Shown here piece by piece: positions 56,235 to 64,000 of a stretch of 64,000 nucleotides of DNA (the stretch's first letter is position 1; the number at the start of each line of letters is the position of its first letter). Below the pieces are notes generated by a model, which saw only the letters and a list, made by a program, of their open reading frames with translations, was not told the origin of the DNA and ran no database searches. Origin of the DNA: a virus. Taxonomy: Duplodnaviria; Caudoviricetes. The stretch lies in IMG/VR virus record IMGVR_UViG_3300021964_009400. One strand, written 5' to 3'. The translations under genes and the position numbers were made by a program.

Positions 56235-57482
56235 ATGGAATTCGTATCTTATATAGAAACAAGAAAAGGTAAAAAATTACTTAAGGTATTTAAATCTAAA
56301 AGAGCAGTAGATATGTTCTTAAAGAAAAATACCGATAAAATTTTATCAAAGAGCGGTATTGAATCAGTTGGTTCAATGTCTAAAAGAGATTGGGATTCTA
56401 AAGAAGCCAAATACGCAGTAAACGAAGTTGGTAAGGGTAGTAATTGGGCAGAAAAATATGTAAATGATACTAATTTATATAAAAAATTAAATTGGTATAT
56501 GAAGATGGGCAAAGGTGTTGAGAAAAAAATCAAAGGTAAAGAATTTGTAATAATGTCCGATGGCAGTGCTCTTATATGGAATGCCAAAACATCTGATTGG
56601 GAATTGTATAAACCAAAAAGAATAGATAAAAAAACAGGTAAACCAATTTATGAATCAGTAAACGAAGGTAAAAAAAGATACTACCAACAAGATAGAGTTG
56701 GTTCAGCAAAATACACAATCTCTTACCACGATGGTAAAAAGAAACATAAAGATGGTAGTGATTTCTTTGATATCCAAACTTTCAGAAACAAAAAAGATTT
56801 AGCAAAATTTGTAAACACTTTACACAAAGGTGGATATGTTTATGGATTTAATGAATCAGTAAACGAAACAAAATATAAAGTAGGTGATACTCTTGCAGAA
56901 GGATTAATAAATCCAAAATCAGGACACGAATACTTTCAACTTACTAAAAACACACCTGTAAAATATATTGCAGGACATTCTGGTTTAGGACTTACAACTC
57001 CTGGAGTTTTATTGAAAAACATACCTGGATTTATTGATGGTAAAAAGGGTGCGTATTTAATTGATTATCATGGTGCACTTTTTTATGTAGATTTAAAAAA
57101 GAAAGTTGCCGTTAGATTAGGATATGATTTAAGTAAACAACCTAAATTAAGGTATAAAACTAATTTTATCAGAGTTCCTCAGGCACCAGAATTTTCAGAT
57201 TGGAAAAGATATTTAAAAGAATCAGAAGATGGTGTACCACAAGGATACAATCCAATGGTAGAATCTAAAACGAAAGAAAGTAAAGTAATTCAAAAAATAC
57301 ACACATACACAAAAACTGAAAAAAAGTTTTATGACGAACTTGCAAAACATGAAGTAAGAATCGGACAAAACGATTATGCTAAATTTATTATTAACGCATT
57401 AAGAGGATTTGGTATCAATCCAAGAGAATTCAAAAGAATACCTGATGCCGAAGAAAAACTCTATCAAATAGTATCAAAATAA
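56235..57482 (+). CDS. Putative polyprotein of small modules
   Basis: Five or six segments separated by AVNE, ESVNE, FNESVNE, LKESE and VES; AAGGAG RBS. Confidence 0.6.
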   Translation: MEFVSYIETRKGKKLLKVFKSKRAVDMFLKKNTDKILSKSGIESVGSMSKRDWDSKEAKYAVNEVGKGSNWAEKYVNDTNLYKKLNWYMKMGKGVEKKIKGKEFVIMSDGSALIWNAKTSDWELYKPKRIDKKTGKPIYESVNEGKKRYYQQDRVGSAKYTISYHDGKKKHKDGSDFFDIQTFRNKKDLAKFVNTLHKGGYVYGFNESVNETKYKVGDTLAEGLINPKSGHEYFQLTKNTPVKYIAGHSGLGLTTPGVLLKNIPGFIDGKKGAYLIDYHGALFYVDLKKKVAVRLGYDLSKQPKLRYKTNFIRVPQAPEFSDWKRYLKESEDGVPQGYNPMVESKTKESKVIQKIHTYTKTEKKFYDELAKHEVRIGQNDYAKFIINALRGFGINPREFKRIPDAEEKLYQIVSK

Positions 57483-57493
57483 AGGAAAAAATT

Positions 57494-58885
57494 ATGAGAC
57501 TCAGAGACTTATTACCAGAACAAGAAACATTCACTGCTACTAACAAAAAGAGTGGAGAAACTGCGGTATTCAAATCTAAAGATTCAAGAGATGCAGCAAT
57601 TAAAGCAGGAACTCACGAACCTATTGAAAAGGGAGGTGATGAAAAATCTGATAAACAGAAATCACCTGGTAAAGTAAGTGGGAAAGATATGTTTAAACAT
57701 GCTTCTGATATCAAAAAAGATAAAGAAGAAACTCCAAAAGATAATCAAAAAGATTGGGATGGGAAAACACTTCCAAAAACTCCAGCTTTTAGTGGAGAAG
57801 AAAAGGTCAATTATTTGAATGATATAACTACTAGCATGGATATGTACAAAAGTGGTAAAGTGAATAGTAGTTGGGAAGCAAGAGATAAATATTTTGATGA
57901 ATTGTATAATAATACTATTTGGTCGTTGGAGGAGTTCATATATCAAACAGGATATAAACAAGGTGATTTTGACATAGATTCACTTCAAAAAAAAGTTGAT
58001 GAATTATATAAAGATGTAATGCGTGGTGCAGAACATACTGATGAAACAATGGGTAGAAAAATCTCACCTTCTCAGAACCAAGAAATTCAAAATGAAATAG
58101 GTAGAATAGCTAAAGAAATTTCTCAAAAAATTGACAACCCAACAGAACATACTCGAAAAGAGTGGGATAGAAGTATGCCAAAAAACTCTGATATGTTTGG
58201 TGGGGATGATAATCAAATAGATTTAGACCAAAAAGAGTTCAACTCAGGAAAAATTTGGTATCGTCAATCTGCTGAAGATATTAATAAAGAAGAAGGTTAT
58301 GATGGTTATATAGGAACTACTCAGAGGGTATATAATCAAATGAGAGATTGGCTTCGTTCCAATGCAAAACTCCATAGAGAAGAAGTATCCGATATGTTGC
58401 AAGGCCTTAGAAACAAAAGTTTGAAAATGCAAAAAGACGCAAAAAGATTTGATAAACTTTCAACCTTTCATAAGAGAGAAGTTGAAGATGAAATAGGTCA
58501 TTTAGCTAATTTAATTGGAAAAAAGTACAAACAACCAAAACCAAAACCTGAACCAAAACCTGAACCAAAATCAGAACCAAAATCAGAGCCAAAATCAGAA
58601 CCAAGGCCTGAACCAAGACCACAACCAAGGACTGAACCATCACCAGAAGAAAAGGCTAAAAAAGAATTAAGTGGTGCAACTGCTTTAGGATTTAGTGATA
58701 TAGAAAAATTAGGTTCTAAAGCTGCTAGTGATATTGATATGGCAGTTAGAAGAGACCCTAATTATACTCGTGGTAGTAGACCTGGTGATGATGATAGATT
58801 AAGAGCTAAAAAAGCAAAAGAATTAGGATATATAGATGAAGTTAAATCAATGAAACTAATAGATTTATTACCTAATGTAAAATAA
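57494..58885 (+). CDS. Putative modular head-internal protein
   Basis: Leader MRLRDLLPE; FTAT..RDAAIKAGTHE module; PEPK repeats; C-terminal IDE-VKSMKLIDLLP. Confidence 0.6.
   Translation: MRLRDLLPEQETFTATNKKSGETAVFKSKDSRDAAIKAGTHEPIEKGGDEKSDKQKSPGKVSGKDMFKHASDIKKDKEETPKDNQKDWDGKTLPKTPAFSGEEKVNYLNDITTSMDMYKSGKVNSSWEARDKYFDELYNNTIWSLEEFIYQTGYKQGDFDIDSLQKKVDELYKDVMRGAEHTDETMGRKISPSQNQEIQNEIGRIAKEISQKIDNPTEHTRKEWDRSMPKNSDMFGGDDNQIDLDQKEFNSGKIWYRQSAEDINKEEGYDGYIGTTQRVYNQMRDWLRSNAKLHREEVSDMLQGLRNKSLKMQKDAKRFDKLSTFHKREVEDEIGHLANLIGKKYKQPKPKPEPKPEPKSEPKSEPKSEPRPEPRPQPRTEPSPEEKAKKELSGATALGFSDIEKLGSKAASDIDMAVRRDPNYTRGSRPGDDDRLRAKKAKELGYIDEVKSMKLIDLLPNVK
58535..58639 (+). repeat. 12-nt tandem coding repeat (PEPK/SEPK/PEPR)
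   Basis: ccaaaacctgaa / ccaaaatcagaa units in frame. Confidence 0.85.
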
Positions 58886-59253
58886 TGCAACTCCAAGAAC
58901 TATGTAAGGAAATTATAGAAGAAAACAGATGTATCCATTGTGGAAACATTGTTAACGAAGATTTGCGTAATTGGTTCAAATCAAAGTGGGTTAACATTGG
59001 TAAGAAAGATAAAAGTGGAAAACACCCACCATGTGGAACAAGTGGTGATAAGAGTGGATATGCTAAATGTGTTCCAGCTTCAAAAGCTAAATCTATGAGT
59101 AAAAAAGAAAAAGAATCTGCAACTCGTAGAAAGAGGACAGCACAAAACAAGGCAAATCGTGGTGGTAAGGCATCGAGAGGTCAAGGAAAGAAACCTATAA
59201 ATGTTTCTACCCATACTGGTGGAAAAAAGAGTGGGACCGGAAAAGGTTCATAA
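58885..59253 (+). CDS. Putative head-internal basic protein
   Basis: Leader MQLQELCKEIIEE; CIHC; VNE then DLRNWFKSKWVNIG..CG..KCVP basic domain. Confidence 0.55.
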   Translation: MQLQELCKEIIEENRCIHCGNIVNEDLRNWFKSKWVNIGKKDKSGKHPPCGTSGDKSGYAKCVPASKAKSMSKKEKESATRRKRTAQNKANRGGKASRGQGKKPINVSTHTGGKKSGTGKGS

Positions 59254-59256
59254 TAT

Positions 59257-59265
59257 ATACTTATA
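59257..59265 (+). promoter_or_regulatory. Variant late promoter motif ATACTTATA
   Basis: One mismatch to the motif, 29 nt upstream of the bS21 ATG. Confidence 0.4.
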
Positions 59266-59294
59266 TAAAACAAGTTACACTTAAATAAAAGAGA

Positions 59295-59618
59295 ATGAGT
59301 AAACACCCAAAATTAGTATCTGTACAAGTTAAGCACAAAGATATTAATAAAGCACTAAAAATTTTAAAAAGAAGAATCAACGATTCAGGTCATCTACAAG
59401 AGTTAAGAGATAGAAAGTATTTTGAAAAACCATCTGTTGTTAAAAGAAAAGCAAATCAACAAGCTAGAAGAGAACAAGAAAGAGAAACTATTTTAGAAAA
59501 AATAGAAAATGGTAATACAACAGTCAGATTAAAAACTCGTAAAAAAAGAAAAATAAAATCAAAAAATAATGATTCTAAAAAGAAAGAAGATAAAAATTCT
59601 TCAAAATTAATTTCATAA
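59295..59618 (+). CDS. rpsU: Phage-encoded ribosomal protein bS21 with basic C-terminal extension
   Basis: INKALKILKRR...G.LQELRDRKYFEKPSVVKR..Q.ARR is the bS21 pattern; 107 aa. Confidence 0.85.
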   Translation: MSKHPKLVSVQVKHKDINKALKILKRRINDSGHLQELRDRKYFEKPSVVKRKANQQARREQERETILEKIENGNTTVRLKTRKKRKIKSKNNDSKKKEDKNSSKLIS

Positions 59619-59644
59619 AAAACATTGTTTTAAATATATATTCT

Positions 59645-59791
59645 ATATTTATTAGTAATAATCCACAGGTGTGGATTCATTTTATGGTTTATGAATACCC
59701 ACGAGTTCTTATGTGAGGTGACCAAACCTAAAATTAATTCTTATTGAAAATCCCTTAATATTTTCACGATAACAAACGAAAGGTTTAAAAA
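59645..59791 (+). promoter_or_regulatory. Variant late promoter (ATATTTATT) and ~140-nt structured 5' leader of the scaffold-capsid operon
   Basis: Longest non-coding gap in the head module; hairpins AATCCAC-aggt-GTGGATT (59660-59677) and TGAAAAT-8-ATTTTCA (59745-59766). Confidence 0.45.
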
Positions 59792-61018
59792 ATGGCAAAT
59801 TCAAATTTATTGAAAGAAGCTATTGCTGATGCTAAAGCTGTTAGAGAAACTGCTATTGCTAATGCTAAAATCGCTCTTGAAGAAGCTTTCACTCCAAGAC
59901 TACAATCTATCCTTTCTCAAAAACTTCAACAAGAAATTGAAGGAGAAGATGAGGAAGAAGAATCAGTAGAAGAGGGAACTTATAACGCTGACGGTGAGGA
60001 AGAAATTACTGCTGAAGGTGAAGATAAGGAAGACGAGGAAGTTAATGAAGAGTACGATAAAGATGATGCTCCTGATGCAGGTGCTTCTGATATCGGTGAT
60101 GGAGACAACAAGCAACCAGCAGATGATGCTAATAGTTCATCAGATGTAGCTCAAGGAAACCCTGATACGGATGTTGAATCTAGTGAAGTAGGTTCTGAGG
60201 ATGAAAATTCTGAGAAAGCTGCTGAAATTAGTGAAAACGAAGAATCAGAAGAAGAAGATTCAGTAGAAGAAAACTACATGGAAGATTCTCACGAAGAAGA
60301 ATCAGACGAAGAAGAACTTGATTTGGAATCAATCATTAAGGAACTAGAGGCTGAACTTTCTGGAGAAGAAGGTGCAGACCACGAAGAAGAACTTGATGCT
60401 GAGGAAAAAGAAGAAGTTGAAGATATCGCTGATGACGCTGTCGGTTCTCATGAAGATGAGAAACACGATGAAGTGGAAGAAGAAATGTATTCTGAAGAAG
60501 AATCTGAAGAAGAAGATTTAGATGATGAAATTGATTTAGAAGAAATCCTAAGAGAAATGGGATATGGTTCTGATGAAGTTTCTGAAGGTGAAGATTCTGA
60601 AGAAGAAAAAGAAGAGGTTGAAGAAAACAACGAATTAGAAGAAACTAAAGCAGAACTAAGTGATGCAATTTCTACTATTAAAGAGTTGAAGTCTACAATC
60701 AATGAAGTAAATCTATTAAACGCTAAATTACTTTACACTAACAAATTGTTCAGAGCTTATGAACTAAACAACGACCAAAAACACAAAGTTGTTGAAACAT
60801 TAGACAGAACTAAAAATGTTAGAGAAGTAAAATTAGTATTCTCAACATTAGCTGAGAGTTTTAAAATAGGTGGAACTTCAAAAAAACAAAAACAAGCTAA
60901 AATCAACGAATCATTCGCATCTAAACCAGTTGCAAGTACTGCTCCTAAAAAGGAAGTAATTACTGAATCAACTAACACGATGGCTGATAGATTTAAGAAA
61001 TTAGCAAATATTAACTAA
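59792..61018 (+). CDS. Prohead core scaffolding protein (T4 gp22-like)
   Basis: Extremely acidic centre, coiled-coil ends; position directly upstream of the major capsid gene. Confidence 0.8.
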   Translation: MANSNLLKEAIADAKAVRETAIANAKIALEEAFTPRLQSILSQKLQQEIEGEDEEEESVEEGTYNADGEEEITAEGEDKEDEEVNEEYDKDDAPDAGASDIGDGDNKQPADDANSSSDVAQGNPDTDVESSEVGSEDENSEKAAEISENEESEEEDSVEENYMEDSHEEESDEEELDLESIIKELEAELSGEEGADHEEELDAEEKEEVEDIADDAVGSHEDEKHDEVEEEMYSEEESEEEDLDDEIDLEEILREMGYGSDEVSEGEDSEEEKEEVEENNELEETKAELSDAISTIKELKSTINEVNLLNAKLLYTNKLFRAYELNNDQKHKVVETLDRTKNVREVKLVFSTLAESFKIGGTSKKQKQAKINESFASKPVASTAPKKEVITESTNTMADRFKKLANIN

Positions 61019-61048
61019 TTATTAACAAAATTTTAAGGAGAGATAAAA

Positions 61049-62659
61049 ATGGCAAATTTTGATTTATCTAAACTTATGGAAGGAAAGAACCCACAACAAG
61101 TTATGCTTGCTGAGACAAGAGAACTTAAGTCAAAGTGGGATAGAACTGGACTTCTAGAAGGTTTAAACGAGAGAGAGCAATCTCAAATTTCTGTACTTCT
61201 TGAGAACCAAGCAAAACAATTACTTGATGAGGCAACTCAAACAGGTACTTCAGCTGGTTCAGAAGAATGGAGTGGTGTTGCTCTTCCTTTGGTAAGAAGG
61301 ATTTTTGGTGAAATAGCATCAAAAGAATTCGTTAGCGTTCAGCCAATGAACTTACCATCTGGTCTAATATTCTATTTAGACTTTAAATATGGAACTGCTC
61401 AACCAGGAAATCCTGGATTTAGCGGAAAATCACTTTTCGGTGGAACAGGTTCGGACTTAGGTTCAACTGACTCTGCAGTAAATGGTCTTTATGGAGAAGG
61501 AAGATTCGGATATTCAGTAAATGATGTATCTGATTCAGTTGCTTCAGGAGACATAACACTAGCATCAGCTTCATGGGCAGATGTACAATATGATGCATCA
61601 TTATCATCATCAGTTGCTGATGGTTCATTAGCAAAATTTACTTTCGCTCATAACGAACTAGTAAGACCTGATTTAGATGCAGTAAGAAGTTTTTACATTT
61701 CTTCATCAGATTTCGCTACTGCTGATGCATTTTACCCAGCACATTCAAAAGTATCTGGTGCTAACATTATAGTATTCGCTAAAACAAGTGGATTACCACT
61801 TGCTGATAGCTTAACTGTAAAGCATTCACAACAACCAGTTGCTGAAAACAGAGGTGACTTTGAAGATGGAAACGCTGGTGGTGTTTCTTCAGTAGGTGAA
61901 GATTTAGGTATTCCAGAAGTAGACCTAGAGTTAAAGTCTGAAGCAATCGTTGCTAAGACTAGAAAACTAAAGGCTGTATGGACACCTGAATTGGCTCAAG
62001 ACCTTAATGCTTACCACTCAATCGATGCTGAAGCTGAATTAACTTCTATGTTATCTGAGTACATCTCATTAGAGATTGACCTAGAAATCTTAGATATGTT
62101 AAAATCAAACGCTTTAACATCTGAATACTGGTCAGTAACTTTAGGTGAAGAGTATGATTCAAACAATACATCATGGGTAGCTGGAAGTAATTCTGCTGCT
62201 TACACTAAAAACTCTTGGTTCCAAACACTTGGTGCTAAGATTAATAAAGTAAGTAACAAGATTCACCAGTTAACTTTAAGAGGTGGAGCAAACTTTATTG
62301 TTGCTTCTCCAGATGTTTGTACGATTTTAGAATCAATCCCAGGATTTACAGTTTCTGCTGATAAAGATGCTTCATCTTTCGCAGCTGGTGTAACTACTGT
62401 TGGTTCTTTATCTAACAGATATACTGTGTACAAAAACCCTTATATGACTTCTAACGAAATCTTATTAGGATTTAAAGGTTCAAACTTCCTAGAAACAGGA
62501 GCAGTTTATGCACCTTATGTACCATTAATCATGACACCTCTTGTATATGACCCAACTAACTTTACACCAAGAAGAGGTGTAATGACTAGATACGCTAAGA
62601 AAATGGTAAGACCAGAATTCTATGGTAAAATCTATGTTAAAGATTTAGCTAACCTATAA
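61049..62659 (+). CDS. Major capsid protein (T4 gp23-like)
   Basis: PLVRRIFG..VSVQPMNLPSGLIFYL; KTRKLKAVWTPELAQDLNAYHSIDAEAEL; YAPYVPL; F.PRRGVMTRY. Confidence 0.97.
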   Translation: MANFDLSKLMEGKNPQQVMLAETRELKSKWDRTGLLEGLNEREQSQISVLLENQAKQLLDEATQTGTSAGSEEWSGVALPLVRRIFGEIASKEFVSVQPMNLPSGLIFYLDFKYGTAQPGNPGFSGKSLFGGTGSDLGSTDSAVNGLYGEGRFGYSVNDVSDSVASGDITLASASWADVQYDASLSSSVADGSLAKFTFAHNELVRPDLDAVRSFYISSSDFATADAFYPAHSKVSGANIIVFAKTSGLPLADSLTVKHSQQPVAENRGDFEDGNAGGVSSVGEDLGIPEVDLELKSEAIVAKTRKLKAVWTPELAQDLNAYHSIDAEAELTSMLSEYISLEIDLEILDMLKSNALTSEYWSVTLGEEYDSNNTSWVAGSNSAAYTKNSWFQTLGAKINKVSNKIHQLTLRGGANFIVASPDVCTILESIPGFTVSADKDASSFAAGVTTVGSLSNRYTVYKNPYMTSNEILLGFKGSNFLETGAVYAPYVPLIMTPLVYDPTNFTPRRGVMTRYAKKMVRPEFYGKIYVKDLANL

Positions 62660-62709
62660 TCGGTTAATTAAATTTTAGTAGTAAGTGATTACAAAGTAAT
62701 GATAAAATT

Positions 62710-62742
62710 AAGAGGGATTCCGAAAGGTTTCCCTCTTTTTTT
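62710..62742 (+). terminator. Rho-independent terminator after capsid gene
   Basis: AAGAGGGATTCC-gaaa-GGTTTCCCTCTT (internal mismatch) followed by a T-run. Confidence 0.8.
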
Positions 62743-62772
62743 GTGTTTTATAGTTTCGTTTTTAATTAATTT

Positions 62773-62781
62773 ATATTTATA
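62773..62781 (+). promoter_or_regulatory. Putative late promoter motif ATATTTATA
   Basis: After the terminator, 33 nt upstream of ATG 62815. Confidence 0.6.
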
Positions 62782-62814
62782 AGAGTATAATTGATTAATT
62801 AAGGAGAAAAATAT

Positions 62815-63966
62815 ATGTCTCAAGCAAGGATTTGGACAGGTTCAGCAGACTTTACCTCAGGCTCATCAACCCCATTCGGTACATATGATACAGATTCCTC
62901 TTTTCAAACAGATGCACCAAAAGTTGCATCATGGTGTGCGAAAAGATTAGGATATCCAATTATTGATATAGAATTACAAGGTGAAAACTTCTTCGCAGTG
63001 TTTGAAGAAGCAGTGAGTGAATACTCATCTCAAGTAAACCAGTTTAATATAAGAAATAACCTCGGTTCTTTAGAAGGACAAGCAACAGGTTCAAACTATA
63101 CTGGTCAATCAGTATTAGGTTCAGAACTTAATAATATAACAACAATTGCAGAAACCTATGGTAATTTTGCAAATGTTGGTGGTAGAACTGATATAAAGAA
63201 AGATTATATTACAGTTAATACTGATTCTCAAGAATACGATTTACAAACCCTATTTGCAGATGTTTCTGAAAGTGGAGAAAGAATTGATGTAACTAAAGTA
63301 TTTTACGAATCATCTCCAGCTATTCAAAGATTCTTTGACCCTTATTCTGTAAGTGGACAAGGAACACTTAACTTAGTTGATGAATTTGGATTTGGTTCAT
63401 TCTCACCAGCTGCACAATTTATTTTGATGCCAATCTATGAGGATATGTTAAGAATTCAACAAATTGAATTTAATGACCAAATCAGAAAATCAGCACATAC
63501 ATTTAATATAGTAAACAACAAAATACAAATATTTCCAAAACCAACAACAGAATACAAACTTTGGTTTGAATATCAAGTTGTAAAAGATAGAAGAGAAAAT
63601 TCTACTATCATAACTCCTAATGTAGTATCAGATTACTCAAATGTAGGATATAACTTTGCAGAATATCAAAAAATCAACGATGTTGGTAAACAATGGATTA
63701 GAAAATATACACTCGCTTTGGCAAAAGAAATGTTGGGTGCAATTAGAGAAAAGTATAATACAGTACCAATTCCTGGTTCAGAAGTTTCTTTAGATGGTGC
63801 AGCATTAAGAGCTGAAGCACAAACAGAAAAAGATGCTCTCATAGAACAACTAAGAGAAAATCTTAACGAAGTAAGTAAAAAAACAAGAATGGAGAATGAA
63901 GCAGCTATGGTTGAACAACAACAACAAGTAATGACTCGAGTTCCATTAAACATTTATGTAGGATAA
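62815..63966 (+). CDS. Neck/head-completion protein (T4 gp13-like)
   Basis: RLGYPIIDIEL N-terminus; WIRKYTLALAKEMLG.IREKY..PG..LDG motif; position after MCP. Confidence 0.7.
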   Translation: MSQARIWTGSADFTSGSSTPFGTYDTDSSFQTDAPKVASWCAKRLGYPIIDIELQGENFFAVFEEAVSEYSSQVNQFNIRNNLGSLEGQATGSNYTGQSVLGSELNNITTIAETYGNFANVGGRTDIKKDYITVNTDSQEYDLQTLFADVSESGERIDVTKVFYESSPAIQRFFDPYSVSGQGTLNLVDEFGFGSFSPAAQFILMPIYEDMLRIQQIEFNDQIRKSAHTFNIVNNKIQIFPKPTTEYKLWFEYQVVKDRRENSTIITPNVVSDYSNVGYNFAEYQKINDVGKQWIRKYTLALAKEMLGAIREKYNTVPIPGSEVSLDGAALRAEAQTEKDALIEQLRENLNEVSKKTRMENEAAMVEQQQQVMTRVPLNIYVG

Positions 63967-63970
63967 TATT

Positions 63971-64000
63971 ATGCCAAAGTTCTTCAATGCAAAAGATTTA
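63971..64000 (+). CDS. Start of next gene (MPKFFNAKDL...), truncated by window end
   Basis: ATG 4 nt after the previous stop; open to the window edge. Confidence 0.4.
   Translation, partial: MPKFFNAKDL

Noticed and set aside
58535-58639. Tandem repeats as a possible CRISPR array
   Set aside because: 12-nt in-frame coding units without unique spacers; the same applies to the collagen tract at 18627.
59619-59791. tRNA in the largest intergenic gap
   Set aside because: No cloverleaf, T-loop GTTCRA or acceptor stem could be built; no tRNA or rRNA was seen anywhere in the window.
46575-62659. Inteins or group I introns in terminase, portal or capsid genes
   Set aside because: Lengths are typical, conserved motifs are contiguous, and no C-terminal HN-C/S/T splice motifs were noticed.
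561-63953. Numerous 60-182 aa minus-strand and off-frame ORFs in the supplied track (e.g. 4114-4476, 47215-47763, 50771-51163)
   Set aside because: They lie wholly opposite or within long, motif-bearing + strand genes, have shadow-ORF composition and lack RBS or promoter support.
1-64000. Stop-codon reassignment, which occurs in some large Bacteroidota phages
   Set aside because: Known genes are full-length in the standard code, and TAG/TGA terminate genes at sensible positions (e.g. 3715, 21359, 9544).

Overview
AT-rich segment of a large T4-like (jumbo-type) tailed phage genome, most likely infecting Bacteroidota. Host evidence: a textbook TTTG-N20-TAnnTTTG promoter precedes the primase, and a bS21 gene sits next to the scaffold/capsid genes. 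Nearly all genes are on the + strand and use the standard code. Order: tail/baseplate structural genes (1-6884); small ORFs, sulfotransferase and GIY-YIG-like gene; primase, a GT-like gene and a fused SbcD-SbcC (gp47-gp46) nuclease; one antisense 53-aa RHH-like gene; a 2430-aa tail fibre with S74 chaperone; an ~18-kb glycan biosynthesis island (21367-39697); a 1785-aa multi-enzyme polyprotein; then the head module (terminase, portal, ~12 small to medium ORFs sharing an N-terminal MKLxDLLxE-type motif, prohead protease, bS21, scaffold, major capsid, neck). The most striking inferred system is a set of candidate capsid-packaged, prohead-protease-processed cargo proteins. It includes the polyprotein, in which NMNAT-like, zincin, HD, CCA-adding and ligase-like domains are separated by [ILV]xE cleavage-like linkers. 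Second is a strong S/T-G-S motif enrichment restricted to outer virion proteins, which may be a sequon for the phage's own glycosylation machinery. All assignments come from motifs read by eye; no database searches were run.
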